From NCBI GenBank assembly GCA_011523285.1, contig WTHC01000025.1, positions 11,848 through 75,847 on the forward strand: a stretch of 64,000 bases of DNA, in the 5' to 3' direction. How positions within the stretch are numbered: the first letter of the stretch is position 1; the number at the start of each line of letters is the position of its first letter. The stretch comes from Nitrosopumilaceae archaeon. GTDB lineage: Archaea > Thermoproteota > Nitrososphaeria > Nitrososphaerales > Nitrosopumilaceae. The notes below the pieces were generated by a model that worked only from the letters and a program-made list of their open reading frames with translations, searched no databases and was not told the DNA's origin. A program made the position numbers and the translations under genes. Below are positions 28,220 to 37,373 of this stretch, one piece after another.

Positions 28220-29071
28220 ATGAATAGATTGGGTTCAATAAGTGTTGGTGGTTCTAATCCTGTTAGAATAATGGGAATTCTGAATATAAGTCCTGAATCA
28301 TTTTATAAAAAATCAATTAAAACAACTAAAAATGATATAATAGATACCGTACATTCTATGGAATGTGACGGAGCTGATTTTATTGATATTGGTGGTGTAT
28401 CTACAGCTCCTTATATCAGATCAAATATATCTACAGAAACAGAATCCAAACGTATCGCAGATGCAATTAAAATAGTGCAACAAACATCTAACATCCCAAT
28501 TTCTGTTGATACATGTAAATCGGCTGTAGCTAAACATGCATTAGATCTCGGAGTCGAAATTATTAATGATATTTCAGGACTGAAATATGATAGTAATATG
28601 ATCAATGTAATACGTAATTACGACGTATTCGTGATATTGACTGCTTACAGTAAACAAATGATTACTGGAAATAATTTGATACAAACCAAAAAATTATTAC
28701 ATCAAAGTCTTTGCCTAGCTAGGTCTATTGGTATATCAAAAGAAAAAATTGTATTAGATCCTGGTATTGGATTTTTTAGGAAACATGCCGTAGGCGAATT
28801 GTTTACAAAAATAAATTCATGTTGGCTATCTAGAGATATATCTATTATTAGAAATTTAAAATCCATTAAATTAAATCAACCTATGATGATTTCTGTATCT
28901 AATAAATCATTAATAGGAGAATTACTTCACAAAAAGAAACCGCAAGATAGATTATTTGGTTCGATCGCAGCAGAAGTAATCTCTGTTTGCAATGGAGCTG
29001 ATATAATTAGAACTCATAACGTATCTGAAACAAAAGACGCAATAATAATTGCTGAAAAATTAATTACATAA
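28220..29071 (+). CDS. folP: Dihydropteroate synthase-like pterin-binding enzyme
   Basis: IMGILNISPESFY, GADFIDIGG.ST.P, INDISG, DPGIGF and IIRTHNV motifs. Confidence 0.85.
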   Translation: MNRLGSISVGGSNPVRIMGILNISPESFYKKSIKTTKNDIIDTVHSMECDGADFIDIGGVSTAPYIRSNISTETESKRIADAIKIVQQTSNIPISVDTCKSAVAKHALDLGVEIINDISGLKYDSNMINVIRNYDVFVILTAYSKQMITGNNLIQTKKLLHQSLCLARSIGISKEKIVLDPGIGFFRKHAVGELFTKINSCWLSRDISIIRNLKSIKLNQPMMISVSNKSLIGELLHKKKPQDRLFGSIAAEVISVCNGADIIRTHNVSETKDAIIIAEKLIT

Positions 29072-29113
29072 TAAAAGCTTATAATGTTTTTCATCTCATT
29101 TTATTTGATTTAA

Positions 29114-30550
29114 TTGAATTTTAAGGAAGGACTTACGTTCGATGATGTTTTATTAGTTCCGAAATTTTCTAATATAGCAAGTAGATCTCAGACAAATTTA
29201 CAAACCAAATTATCTAGAAATATTTCTCTAAGTATTCCATTGATTAGCGCAAATATGGATACAGTTACAGAATCAGATATGGCAGTTTCTATGGCTCGTA
29301 ATGGTGGAATTGGAATAATACACAGATTTCTTACAATCCAAGAAGAAACTAATGAAGTTTTAAAAGTGAAAAGGTCCGGAAGTGTGATGATTGAAACACC
29401 GTATTTAGTCAATCAAAATAAAACAATATTCGATGCATCTAATTATATGAATGAAAAAAGAGTTTCAGGACTATTAGTTATAAATGATAATTCTAAAATG
29501 GTTGGTATATTAACAAGACGTGATGTTTTGTTTGAATCTTCTGATAAGACTAGATTAGTCAAAGATGTTATGACAAAAGATATTGTTACTGCTAAGCCTG
29601 GAATAAATTTAATTAATGCTAAAGAAATATTACGCAAGTATAGGATAGAAAAACTTCCATTGGTTGATGAAAATGGCAGTATTGCTGGACTTATAACTAG
29701 TAAAGATATTTCTAACATGGAAAATTATCCTAACTCTTCCAAAGATAAAAAAGGCCGTCCGCTTGTTGGAGCTGCGATCGGTGTTAAAGGAGATTTTCTT
29801 GAAAGAGCTGAGTCATTAATAAATGCAGAAGTGGATGTGTTAGTTGTAGATATAGCTCATGGCCATAGTGCTAATGCGATAGATGCTATAAAAAATATTA
29901 AAAAAGCTTTTCCGAACTCAGAACTCATAGCTGGTAATGTTGCAACTGCTACGGGAACAGAAGATCTTATCAAATCTGGAGTAGATGCTGTTAAAGTAGG
30001 TGTAGGATCTGGTTCTATATGCATCACTAGAATAGTTACTGGATCTGGCGTTCCACAATTAACTGCCGTTCTAGATTGTGCAACTATAGGTAAAAAATAC
30101 GATGTTCCAATTATATCAGATGGTGGAACTAGGAATTCCGCAGATATAATTAAAGCTCTTGCAGCTGGTTCTTCTACGGTTATGATTGGGAGCATGTTTG
30201 CTGGTACTGATGAAAGTCCTGGCTCATTCATTACTAAAAACTCCAAGAAATTCAAAATATATAGAGGCATGGCATCGTTTTATGCATCATTAGGAAGAAA
30301 ATCTAAAGAAACAGGTACAATTTCAATTGAAGATGATCTTAATGACTATGTTGCAGAAGGTGTAGAAGCCATGGTTCCATATAAAGGAAATGTTTCTGAT
30401 TTGTTAATACAGCTAACTGGTGGAATACGTTCTGGTTTAAGCTATTGTGGAGCACGAAATATATTACAAATGCAACAAAAATCAGAATTCATAACTATGT
30501 CAAAAGCTGGCTTCCAAGAAAGCCAACCACATGATGTTTCTTTGATGTAG
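29114..30550 (+). CDS. guaB: IMP dehydrogenase (with CBS pair)
   Basis: LTFDDVLLVP, ISANMDTVTE, GIGIIHR, VGVGSGSICITR (catalytic Cys loop) and YRGMAS. Confidence 0.95.
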   Translation: MNFKEGLTFDDVLLVPKFSNIASRSQTNLQTKLSRNISLSIPLISANMDTVTESDMAVSMARNGGIGIIHRFLTIQEETNEVLKVKRSGSVMIETPYLVNQNKTIFDASNYMNEKRVSGLLVINDNSKMVGILTRRDVLFESSDKTRLVKDVMTKDIVTAKPGINLINAKEILRKYRIEKLPLVDENGSIAGLITSKDISNMENYPNSSKDKKGRPLVGAAIGVKGDFLERAESLINAEVDVLVVDIAHGHSANAIDAIKNIKKAFPNSELIAGNVATATGTEDLIKSGVDAVKVGVGSGSICITRIVTGSGVPQLTAVLDCATIGKKYDVPIISDGGTRNSADIIKALAAGSSTVMIGSMFAGTDESPGSFITKNSKKFKIYRGMASFYASLGRKSKETGTISIEDDLNDYVAEGVEAMVPYKGNVSDLLIQLTGGIRSGLSYCGARNILQMQQKSEFITMSKAGFQESQPHDVSLM

Positions 30551-30584
30551 TTAGTTTTTTATGAACCTTGAAAATATTTAATTT

Positions 30585-31046
30585 ATGTTAACAAAAAGAA
30601 CTATTATAGGAATAACATTTGGAGTCATAATTTCAATGATTGGATTATATGCATTTATATCCTCTCTAGGTACACAAACAGCAGAAATTAAAGAAACGGT
30701 TAAAATTGCTGACTATCTCTCATATCAATTTAATTCTCCAATTGGCTCGGATGAAATATTATACATACAAGGAGATCTTTTTCATGTTGATGTTAAATCT
30801 TTATCTGAAACACAAATAAACCAAGATTTCAAAGATGAAATAAAATTAGATTGGCTCACTGGTAGCGATGGTGAGAATATAATATCTATAAAAAACATAG
30901 GTCACTCAGAATTGATTGTAAATGGAATTTTGAAATTTTCCACTGACCCAATCTTGTATACTTATCATATACTTGTAATTACCGCTGGGATTGTGATTAT
31001 TGGATTTAGCGCGAGTTTTAGTATTAAAAGAAAAAAATCACATTAG
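30585..31046 (+). CDS. Hypothetical membrane protein (TM helix at each end)
   Basis: N-terminal IIGITFGVIISMIGLYAFISS and C-terminal ILVITAGIVIIGFSASF hydrophobic segments. No other motif. Confidence 0.45.
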   Translation: MLTKRTIIGITFGVIISMIGLYAFISSLGTQTAEIKETVKIADYLSYQFNSPIGSDEILYIQGDLFHVDVKSLSETQINQDFKDEIKLDWLTGSDGENIISIKNIGHSELIVNGILKFSTDPILYTYHILVITAGIVIIGFSASFSIKRKKSH

Positions 31047-31853
31047 TTTGGCGGTTGGGTAAGAACCAATAATTTTAAGAAATATAGTATTTTTAGTAAT
31101 ATCATCAATAATTGTTTTTATCCTTTGTTCATTTATATGCCCATCAAAATCTACATAAAAATTATATTCTCCAACATTGCATTTTTTAGGTCTAGATTCA
31201 ATTTTAGTTAAATTTATGTTTTGATCATGAAATATTTTAATTATTTTATATAGTGCCCCAGGTTTATGTAGAGTTGAAAAAATTATAGATGTTTTATCAT
31301 TACCGGTTTTGTGAGACTGCGATTTCGATAGAATTAAAAATCTTGTGTAATTATTTGAATGATCAGCTATGCAATATTTAATGACTGGCAAATCAAATAT
31401 TTTTGCAGCCGTTTCGCTTGCGATACAGCAGACATTGTTTTTATTCATTTTTTTGATTAGTTTCACACTTCCGGCAGTGTCGTATGTTGGAATAGATTTC
31501 CAATTGTACTTTTGAATAAATTGTCTGCATTGACCTAGAGCTTGTGGGTGTGAATAAATTGTATCTATTTCATCTATTTTACTTAAACCTATTAAACAAT
31601 GTTCAATGCGATGATAAATTTCGCCTATTGCATTTAGAGGTGTATGATATAATAAATCATAGCTTTCCCCAACTCCTCCTTCTATTGAATTTTCTATTGG
31701 TAAAATAGAATAATCTGTCTTTTTATCGTCTGTTGATCTCAGTACATCGGCGAAAGTTTTTAATGACACAGTTTTGATACGTACTTTAAAGTAACGTAAT
31801 GCTGCAGACTCGCTATACGCTCCATGTTCACCTTGAAATGAAACACTTAACAT
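31038..31853 (-). CDS. pheA: Prephenate dehydratase (PDT + ACT domains)
   Basis: VSFQGEHGAYSESAA N-terminus, TRFLIL and ESRP ACT-domain motifs. Confidence 0.85.
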   Translation of the reverse strand: MLSVSFQGEHGAYSESAALRYFKVRIKTVSLKTFADVLRSTDDKKTDYSILPIENSIEGGVGESYDLLYHTPLNAIGEIYHRIEHCLIGLSKIDEIDTIYSHPQALGQCRQFIQKYNWKSIPTYDTAGSVKLIKKMNKNNVCCIASETAAKIFDLPVIKYCIADHSNNYTRFLILSKSQSHKTGNDKTSIIFSTLHKPGALYKIIKIFHDQNINLTKIESRPKKCNVGEYNFYVDFDGHINEQRIKTIIDDITKNTIFLKIIGSYPTAKLM

Positions 31854-31854
31854 A

Positions 31855-32400
31855 TTAATTTAATTTTATAAAATTCATATTTCCAAAATTGCGTGACAGT
31901 TTCCGTTCGTCCATCCATGTGCAATTAATGCATTTTATTCCATCTCTAATTGTGATTACTTCTCCACCACATTTTTTACATTTAGTAAATAAGACGCCCA
32001 TTTCTGGATCATTTATACTGGTATGTATAGTGCCATTTTTGTAACCTATTGTTTTTAGTGTAATTATATCGTCAACTATGGCTATAGTTTTTTTATGTAA
32101 ACCTCGTGTAGAACAAACGCATTCGATCTTTGATGAAATATGTTTGTTATTAACATATTCGATTGAAACTATGATCATTGATGATATCACTGAAACTACG
32201 ACACCTATTATAATATCATTTGTTTTTGGAAGCTCTATTTCTGAAGCATTTTGTACTTCAAGAGTATGTTCTTCTTTGTTGATATTAATTTTCCCAATAG
32301 ATGTAGATCTTATTATTCCATTCTTGTCTTCAAATGTATTCTCATTAGATTCGTATTCTTCGATACATGATAATCTATCTCCAGGGCATACTATGTTCAT
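31855..32400 (-). CDS. csl4: Exosome complex RNA-binding protein Csl4
   Basis: VCPGDRL..IEEY N-terminal domain, a central S1-like barrel and a C-terminal CKKCGG...CINC zinc ribbon. Confidence 0.8.
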   Translation of the reverse strand: MNIVCPGDRLSCIEEYESNENTFEDKNGIIRSTSIGKININKEEHTLEVQNASEIELPKTNDIIIGVVVSVISSMIIVSIEYVNNKHISSKIECVCSTRGLHKKTIAIVDDIITLKTIGYKNGTIHTSINDPEMGVLFTKCKKCGGEVITIRDGIKCINCTWMDERKLSRNFGNMNFIKLN

Positions 32401-32457
32401 TGTTTTTATTTGGTGATTAAAGATTATAATCGTTTATATTCAATTTTGCAAAATATA

Positions 32458-33453
32458 TTATAACCAATGTGGTAATTGTAAATATTCATCTATGTCTTGA
32501 TTTGATAATATTTTCAATAACGCATGAGCCTGTGGTGTAGATAAAACTGGTTTATCAAAATGGTTGTCCATTGAAATTCTGGGGCATGCTACTTGTATAA
32601 AAGCATCAACACCATGGATATTTTTTAATCTTTCATTTGTTATATCTGTTAACGCAAATAGTTGAACTGATTTACCTTTTTTTTCTAGTTCTCTTTTAAA
32701 TTTTAATGCCATAGTTTTTGAAATCTGACCGTCTTTTAAACCAACTATTATTCCAAAGTTATTTGACATTGATGCTTTGTAAATAGTCAAAATAGATCTC
32801 TTTTGAATTTTTTTAGCTGTGTCTGTGATCTCAGTTACTTCATTAAAATAAGGGTCAAGTACGTATGTAGGTTTATTTGTAGATAATGCAATTCCTATTG
32901 CATGAAAATTGCTTTGTCCTAAAAACAAATTTGCATCTATTTGATTTTTAATTTCAGTATTAGGATAAAATTCGCAACCAAATATTTGTCCATCATTAAG
33001 TTGTCCTTTCCCATTACCTATCTTTACATTAATTCCATTATCTCTCAAAATTTTTTTAACATTATTTAATTGAGGTAAATGTTGACTATTTGTTGATAGT
33101 GCTACAGTTTTATTTTTTAATATGTTGATACATTTCATAATTACTCCATCAAATGTGATATTATCAAAAGCATTGATCATCATTACTTTATTGTATGGCA
33201 TATCTGTGTTAATTGTGTGCCCTATATTGAATAATAAATCAGCTGACAAAATTTTAGCACTATTCATATTTAAGTCGCAAGAGCCCCATGTAGTATCCAT
33301 AATTATATATGCTGGTATATTAAACTCGTCCATGATATTTTTAGCGGTAATCTGAATTTTGTGTATTAATCCTTCCGGAGCATTAAGTGCAACCGATGCA
33401 GGTTTATATTTTTTTATGGTATCAAAAATTTTATCGTCATCTATAATTATCAT
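32458..33453 (-). CDS. dph2: 2-(3-amino-3-carboxypropyl)histidine synthase (diphthamide synthesis Dph2)
   Basis: ASVALNAPEGL, DTTWGSCDL and VACPR Cys-containing motifs of the radical-SAM-like Dph2 family. 331 aa. Confidence 0.85.
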   Translation of the reverse strand: MIIIDDDKIFDTIKKYKPASVALNAPEGLIHKIQITAKNIMDEFNIPAYIIMDTTWGSCDLNMNSAKILSADLLFNIGHTINTDMPYNKVMMINAFDNITFDGVIMKCINILKNKTVALSTNSQHLPQLNNVKKILRDNGINVKIGNGKGQLNDGQIFGCEFYPNTEIKNQIDANLFLGQSNFHAIGIALSTNKPTYVLDPYFNEVTEITDTAKKIQKRSILTIYKASMSNNFGIIVGLKDGQISKTMALKFKRELEKKGKSVQLFALTDITNERLKNIHGVDAFIQVACPRISMDNHFDKPVLSTPQAHALLKILSNQDIDEYLQLPHWL

Positions 33454-33526
33454 TATTAAATAAATTGTTAATTTTAATTTAAACTGTTTGTTTATATAAT
33501 TTAATATATATCATATATGCTGACAT

Positions 33527-34858
33527 TTGAATAATGGCAATGTAATACATATCGGAATAGATGACACAGATTCTAAATACGGTATGTGTACAACACATCT
33601 TGCATATGAATTAGTAAAATTCCTTACGAAGAAAGTAAAATTTGTTGATTATCCAAAACTTATAAGGCTTAATCCTAATGTGCCATGGAAAACACGTGGA
33701 AACGGATCTGTTTCTCTCAAAATAGAAACTACAAATTTTAATAAAATTAAACCACAAATAATTGATTTGGTAATTGAGCTGTCTGATATTTCAAAAGGTG
33801 CAAATCCTGGAATAGTATTTTATCATAACGATATTGTTTCCCACAAACTAATTAGTTTCAGCCAAGCTGCATTATTTAAACTGATCAGTAGATCTATGGT
33901 TAAAAAATTTCTAAATTCAAATAATTTAGATTATTTTTCAACGGGGAATGGGCAAGGACTTATTGGAGCTATTGGTGCTATTGGATATAAATTTGATGAT
34001 CATACTTTTGAATTAATATCATATCGAAAAAAATTTGAAATTGGTAACAAACGAAAAATTAATTTAGATAGTGTAAAATTAATTCAAAGGAAATACACAT
34101 CTATCTTTAATAGTTATTACAAAAACAGGATACTAATAACTCCTCATGGACCAGATCCAGTTTTTTATGGAATTCGTGGAGATGATATCAAATCATTGAT
34201 ATATGCATCAAAATTGATTCAAACTAAAGAAAAACCTAAAGGTTATATGATATTCAAATCTAATCAGGGTACCTCTTCACATTTGGATAATATTATAGAT
34301 ACATCAAAGTTTGAGCCATACTCATCTGGAAAAATAATTGGTAGTGTGTCTAAACATCCCATTGTTAACCATGGTGGACATGTTGTATTTGCAATAACTG
34401 ATAATTCTAATGATGTTAAATGTATCTCATACAAGCCAACTAAACTCACTAATGTTTCTATGAGTTTAATAGTAGGTGATATTGTATGTGTAGGTGGAGG
34501 AATACGTAAAGCATCTAAACTCCACGATCGTATATTGAATATAGAATTTATTGAAATTTTAAAACTTACTAAGCATTTCAAATTAATAAATCCTAGATGC
34601 AGTAAATGCAATAAAAATATGAAATCTGGCGGCTACAATCAAGGTTTTAAATGTATTAAATGTAAAGCAAAAAGCTCCAAAAAAGTTATCTGTGAAATTC
34701 CTAGAAATATAAAACTTGGATTATACATACCAATACCTACAGCACATAGGCATCTTACAAGACCGTATCAAAGAATTGGAATAAAAAACACAAACACAGC
34801 ATTCGATAAAACTATTCCATGGTTTCATGTTTATGATCATGATTTTAGCGGGGAGTAG
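33527..34858 (+). CDS. tiaS: tRNA(Ile2) 2-agmatinylcytidine synthetase
   Basis: IHIGIDDTDSKYGMCTTHLAYEL N-terminal kinase-like motif, an OB-fold region and a C-terminal CSKC...CIKC zinc ribbon. Confidence 0.85.
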   Translation: MNNGNVIHIGIDDTDSKYGMCTTHLAYELVKFLTKKVKFVDYPKLIRLNPNVPWKTRGNGSVSLKIETTNFNKIKPQIIDLVIELSDISKGANPGIVFYHNDIVSHKLISFSQAALFKLISRSMVKKFLNSNNLDYFSTGNGQGLIGAIGAIGYKFDDHTFELISYRKKFEIGNKRKINLDSVKLIQRKYTSIFNSYYKNRILITPHGPDPVFYGIRGDDIKSLIYASKLIQTKEKPKGYMIFKSNQGTSSHLDNIIDTSKFEPYSSGKIIGSVSKHPIVNHGGHVVFAITDNSNDVKCISYKPTKLTNVSMSLIVGDIVCVGGGIRKASKLHDRILNIEFIEILKLTKHFKLINPRCSKCNKNMKSGGYNQGFKCIKCKAKSSKKVICEIPRNIKLGLYIPIPTAHRHLTRPYQRIGIKNTNTAFDKTIPWFHVYDHDFSGE

Positions 34859-34949
34859 ATTTGAACTACTGATTTGCGGGTATCTCATTATTTTTTAATT
34901 ATGAGCCCGCCGGGATGACATAGCCCGAGTCTGACTTCCCCACCCCGCT
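34846..34949 (-). tRNA. Initiator tRNA-Met (anticodon CAU) with an ~18-nt anticodon-loop intron and a 12-nt surplus in the D loop
   Basis: Minus strand reads AGCGGGG-TG-GGGA-(21-nt D loop AGTCAGACTCGGGCTATGTCA)-TCCC-G-GCGGG-CTCATA-[ATTAAAAAATAATGAGAT]-A-CCCGC-AAATC-AGTAG-TTCAAAT-CTACT-CCCCGCT-A. A1:U72 and three G:C pairs closing the anticodon stem are initiator hallmarks. Anticodon lies at 34901-34903. Intron ATGAG pairs with CTCAT of the anticodon loop. Confidence 0.8.
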
Positions 34950-34970
34950 ATGTAAAATTAACAATTGTAG

Positions 34971-34976
34971 TATATA
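34971..34976 (-). promoter_or_regulatory. TATA-like box upstream of the initiator tRNA
   Basis: TATATA lies 22-27 nt upstream of the tRNA 5' end (34949) on the minus strand. Confidence 0.35.
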
Positions 34977-35022
34977 CGCGTTATCAAAAAAATTATTAAT
35001 TTATAAACGATATATAATATAA

Positions 35023-36111
35023 TTGAAAAAAATAACTAGATTGATTTTAATTGCATTAGCATTAATATTGTCATTGATCATTTTTACATTACCTTCCAAA
35101 GTACCTATACCTAAGCCTATAATTGCAGAAATGCCGTCGCTGGAGATAATAACTACAAATCTAGATAATCCTAGGTCTATGGCATTTTCAGATACAAAAA
35201 TATACATAGCCGAAAAAAACGGAAATATCAAAACTATACAAACGGATACATTTGTAGAAAAAACACTGACTTCAATTAATGTGTATGATACTTTTAATGG
35301 TGGATTACTTGGATTGGCAACACATCCAAACTTTATTAAAAATCATTATGTATATGCATATTATACATATGATAACAATGGCGTGTTGTGGAATAAAGTA
35401 ATTAGAATTACAGATCATGATGATGAATATGTGGACGAAATGACTATATTAGATAAAATCCCTGGTTCAAAATTTAATAACGGCGGTGTGATAAAATTTG
35501 GGCCTGACGACAAATTGTATATATCTACTGGAATATTGAGTAATTCTTCAAAATTTCCACAGGATTTGAATTCATTAGAAGGTAAAATTTTACGCCTGAA
35601 TTATGATGGTACTATACCATCTGATAATCCGTTCTCTAACTCGGCAATTTTTTCTTATGGTCACCGAAATCCACAAGGCATGTCATGGGATTACCAAGGA
35701 AATTTTTTTGCTAGTGAATTAGGAGATATTAACAATGATGAAATTAATTTAATCAAAGCTGGTCAAAATTATGGTTGGCCTATACAAGAATGTTTTAACA
35801 ATGATAATAATGATCATTTTGTTGTTCCGCTCATGTGTTATGATCCTGGGATAGAACCTGGTGGAATTTTAACATATAATACTGATGTCGGTCCTAATCT
35901 GATAATATCATCTTTGAGAAATGGAAGCCTCTATAATTTGAAGATAGATCAAAACAAATTACATTCTCAACAAACTATGTTAAGTGGAATAGGGAGAATA
36001 AGAGATATAGGCATTGGACATGATGATTATATATACATGATAACATCTAATACTGATGGGAAAGGTTTTCCATCTAGAAACGATGACAAATTAATTAGGT
36101 TTAAAAAATGA
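35023..36111 (+). CDS. Membrane-anchored/secreted PQQ-type soluble aldose (glucose/sorbosone) dehydrogenase, beta-propeller
   Basis: N-terminal hydrophobic anchor. GLLGLATHPNF, FSYGHRNPQGMSWD and AGQNYGWP motifs of the sGDH/YliI family. Confidence 0.8.
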   Translation: MKKITRLILIALALILSLIIFTLPSKVPIPKPIIAEMPSLEIITTNLDNPRSMAFSDTKIYIAEKNGNIKTIQTDTFVEKTLTSINVYDTFNGGLLGLATHPNFIKNHYVYAYYTYDNNGVLWNKVIRITDHDDEYVDEMTILDKIPGSKFNNGGVIKFGPDDKLYISTGILSNSSKFPQDLNSLEGKILRLNYDGTIPSDNPFSNSAIFSYGHRNPQGMSWDYQGNFFASELGDINNDEINLIKAGQNYGWPIQECFNNDNNDHFVVPLMCYDPGIEPGGILTYNTDVGPNLIISSLRNGSLYNLKIDQNKLHSQQTMLSGIGRIRDIGIGHDDYIYMITSNTDGKGFPSRNDDKLIRFKK

Positions 36112-37373
36112 ACGAATTTTCAAAATTTTTTAAAAAAAGTAAAAGTGAAAGATTAGGAATTATCAAAAAATCTACTAAGCTAACACAAAACGAATTATCG
36201 TATATACATAATCAAACTACTAATAATGAATTTGAACGCGCAAATAAAATGATCGAAAATGTAATTGGAACATTCTCTCTCCCATTAGGAATTGCTACAC
36301 ACTTCACGGTAAATAATAAAAATTATATAATTCCAATGGTTGTAGAAGAGCCATCTATAGTAGCAGCATCATCAAAAGCTGCTAAAATAGCTAATGCTAG
36401 AGGTGGCTTTAAAGCTAGATCTGGTAATCAGTATAGCATTGGCCAAGTTCATATTGCTAATTGCGGAGATATAAATAAAGCAATTAAACAAATAGTTCAA
36501 AATAAGAAACAGATTTTACAATTAGCAAATTCAAAAACACATACACTTTCAAAAATAAATAAAGGTGCAAAAAAAATATCATGTAGAAAAATAACTATTG
36601 ATAACAATATTTTGTTGATTGTAGAATTATTAGTTGACGTTGGTAATGCTATGGGCGCTAATATTACAAATAGTATGTGCGAAGCAATATCTTCATATCT
36701 AGAAAAAATAACAGGCGGAAAATCTATACTGAAAATCTTATCTAATTATTCTACATCAAGAATGGTTACTGCGTCTGCTATATTTGATAAAAATAAAATT
36801 GGAGGTTCAAAAACAGTTAACAAAATAATTTTAGCATACAAAATTGCTATGAATGATGAATATAGGGCAGTTACCCACAACAAAGGTATTATGAATGGTA
36901 TTGTCAGTGTTGCAAACGCTACTTGTCAAGACACTCGTGCAATAGAAGCAGCAGCTCATGCTTTTGCATCTCGTACTGGAAGATATTTGCCATTGACTAA
37001 TTGGACAAAAAATAGTAATGGAGATCTAATTGGTGTTATTGAGCTACCATTATCTGTAGGAACTATAGGCGGAGTGATTAATATACACCCCATGGCTAAA
37101 TTATGTTTAAAAATTCTTGGTATTACGTCTGCTAAAACACTGTCATGTATTATTGCATCTGTTGGACTTGCGCAAAATTTTGCTGCTTTATATGCATTAG
37201 TTACAGACGGAATACAGAAAGGACATATGAAACTTCATGCAAAAAACATAGCTTCTGCCGCTGGTATCAAATTAGAAAATATAGATATGATTGTAAGTAA
37301 AATGATTCAAGCAAATGATATTTCTATTCAAAAAGCTACGTCACTTCAAAAACAATTTTGTGATTATACATGA
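36108..37373 (+). CDS. hmgA: HMG-CoA reductase, class II
   Basis: ENVIGTFSLPLGIA...VVEEPSIVAASS, VDVGNAMGANITNSM, AVTHNKGIMNG, LSVGTIGG and GIQKGHMKLHAKN align by eye with Pseudomonas mevalonii class II HMGR. It lacks the class I TTEGCLVA-type motif. 421 aa. Confidence 0.9.
   Translation: MNEFSKFFKKSKSERLGIIKKSTKLTQNELSYIHNQTTNNEFERANKMIENVIGTFSLPLGIATHFTVNNKNYIIPMVVEEPSIVAASSKAAKIANARGGFKARSGNQYSIGQVHIANCGDINKAIKQIVQNKKQILQLANSKTHTLSKINKGAKKISCRKITIDNNILLIVELLVDVGNAMGANITNSMCEAISSYLEKITGGKSILKILSNYSTSRMVTASAIFDKNKIGGSKTVNKIILAYKIAMNDEYRAVTHNKGIMNGIVSVANATCQDTRAIEAAAHAFASRTGRYLPLTNWTKNSNGDLIGVIELPLSVGTIGGVINIHPMAKLCLKILGITSAKTLSCIIASVGLAQNFAALYALVTDGIQKGHMKLHAKNIASAAGIKLENIDMIVSKMIQANDISIQKATSLQKQFCDYT

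Noticed and set aside
29188-30270. Three minus-strand ORFs (74, 91 and 137 aa)
   Set aside because: All are antisense to guaB, whose frame carries unambiguous IMPDH motifs. They are shadow ORFs.
34846-34949. Reading the CAU tRNA as tRNA-Ile2 (the TiaS substrate) or as elongator tRNA-Met
   Set aside because: A1:U72 and the G29-G31:C39-C41 run in the anticodon stem are initiator hallmarks. The link to tiaS is therefore positional only.
35001-35231. 76-aa minus-strand ORF
   Set aside because: It is antisense to the signal/anchor region of the PQQ-type dehydrogenase.
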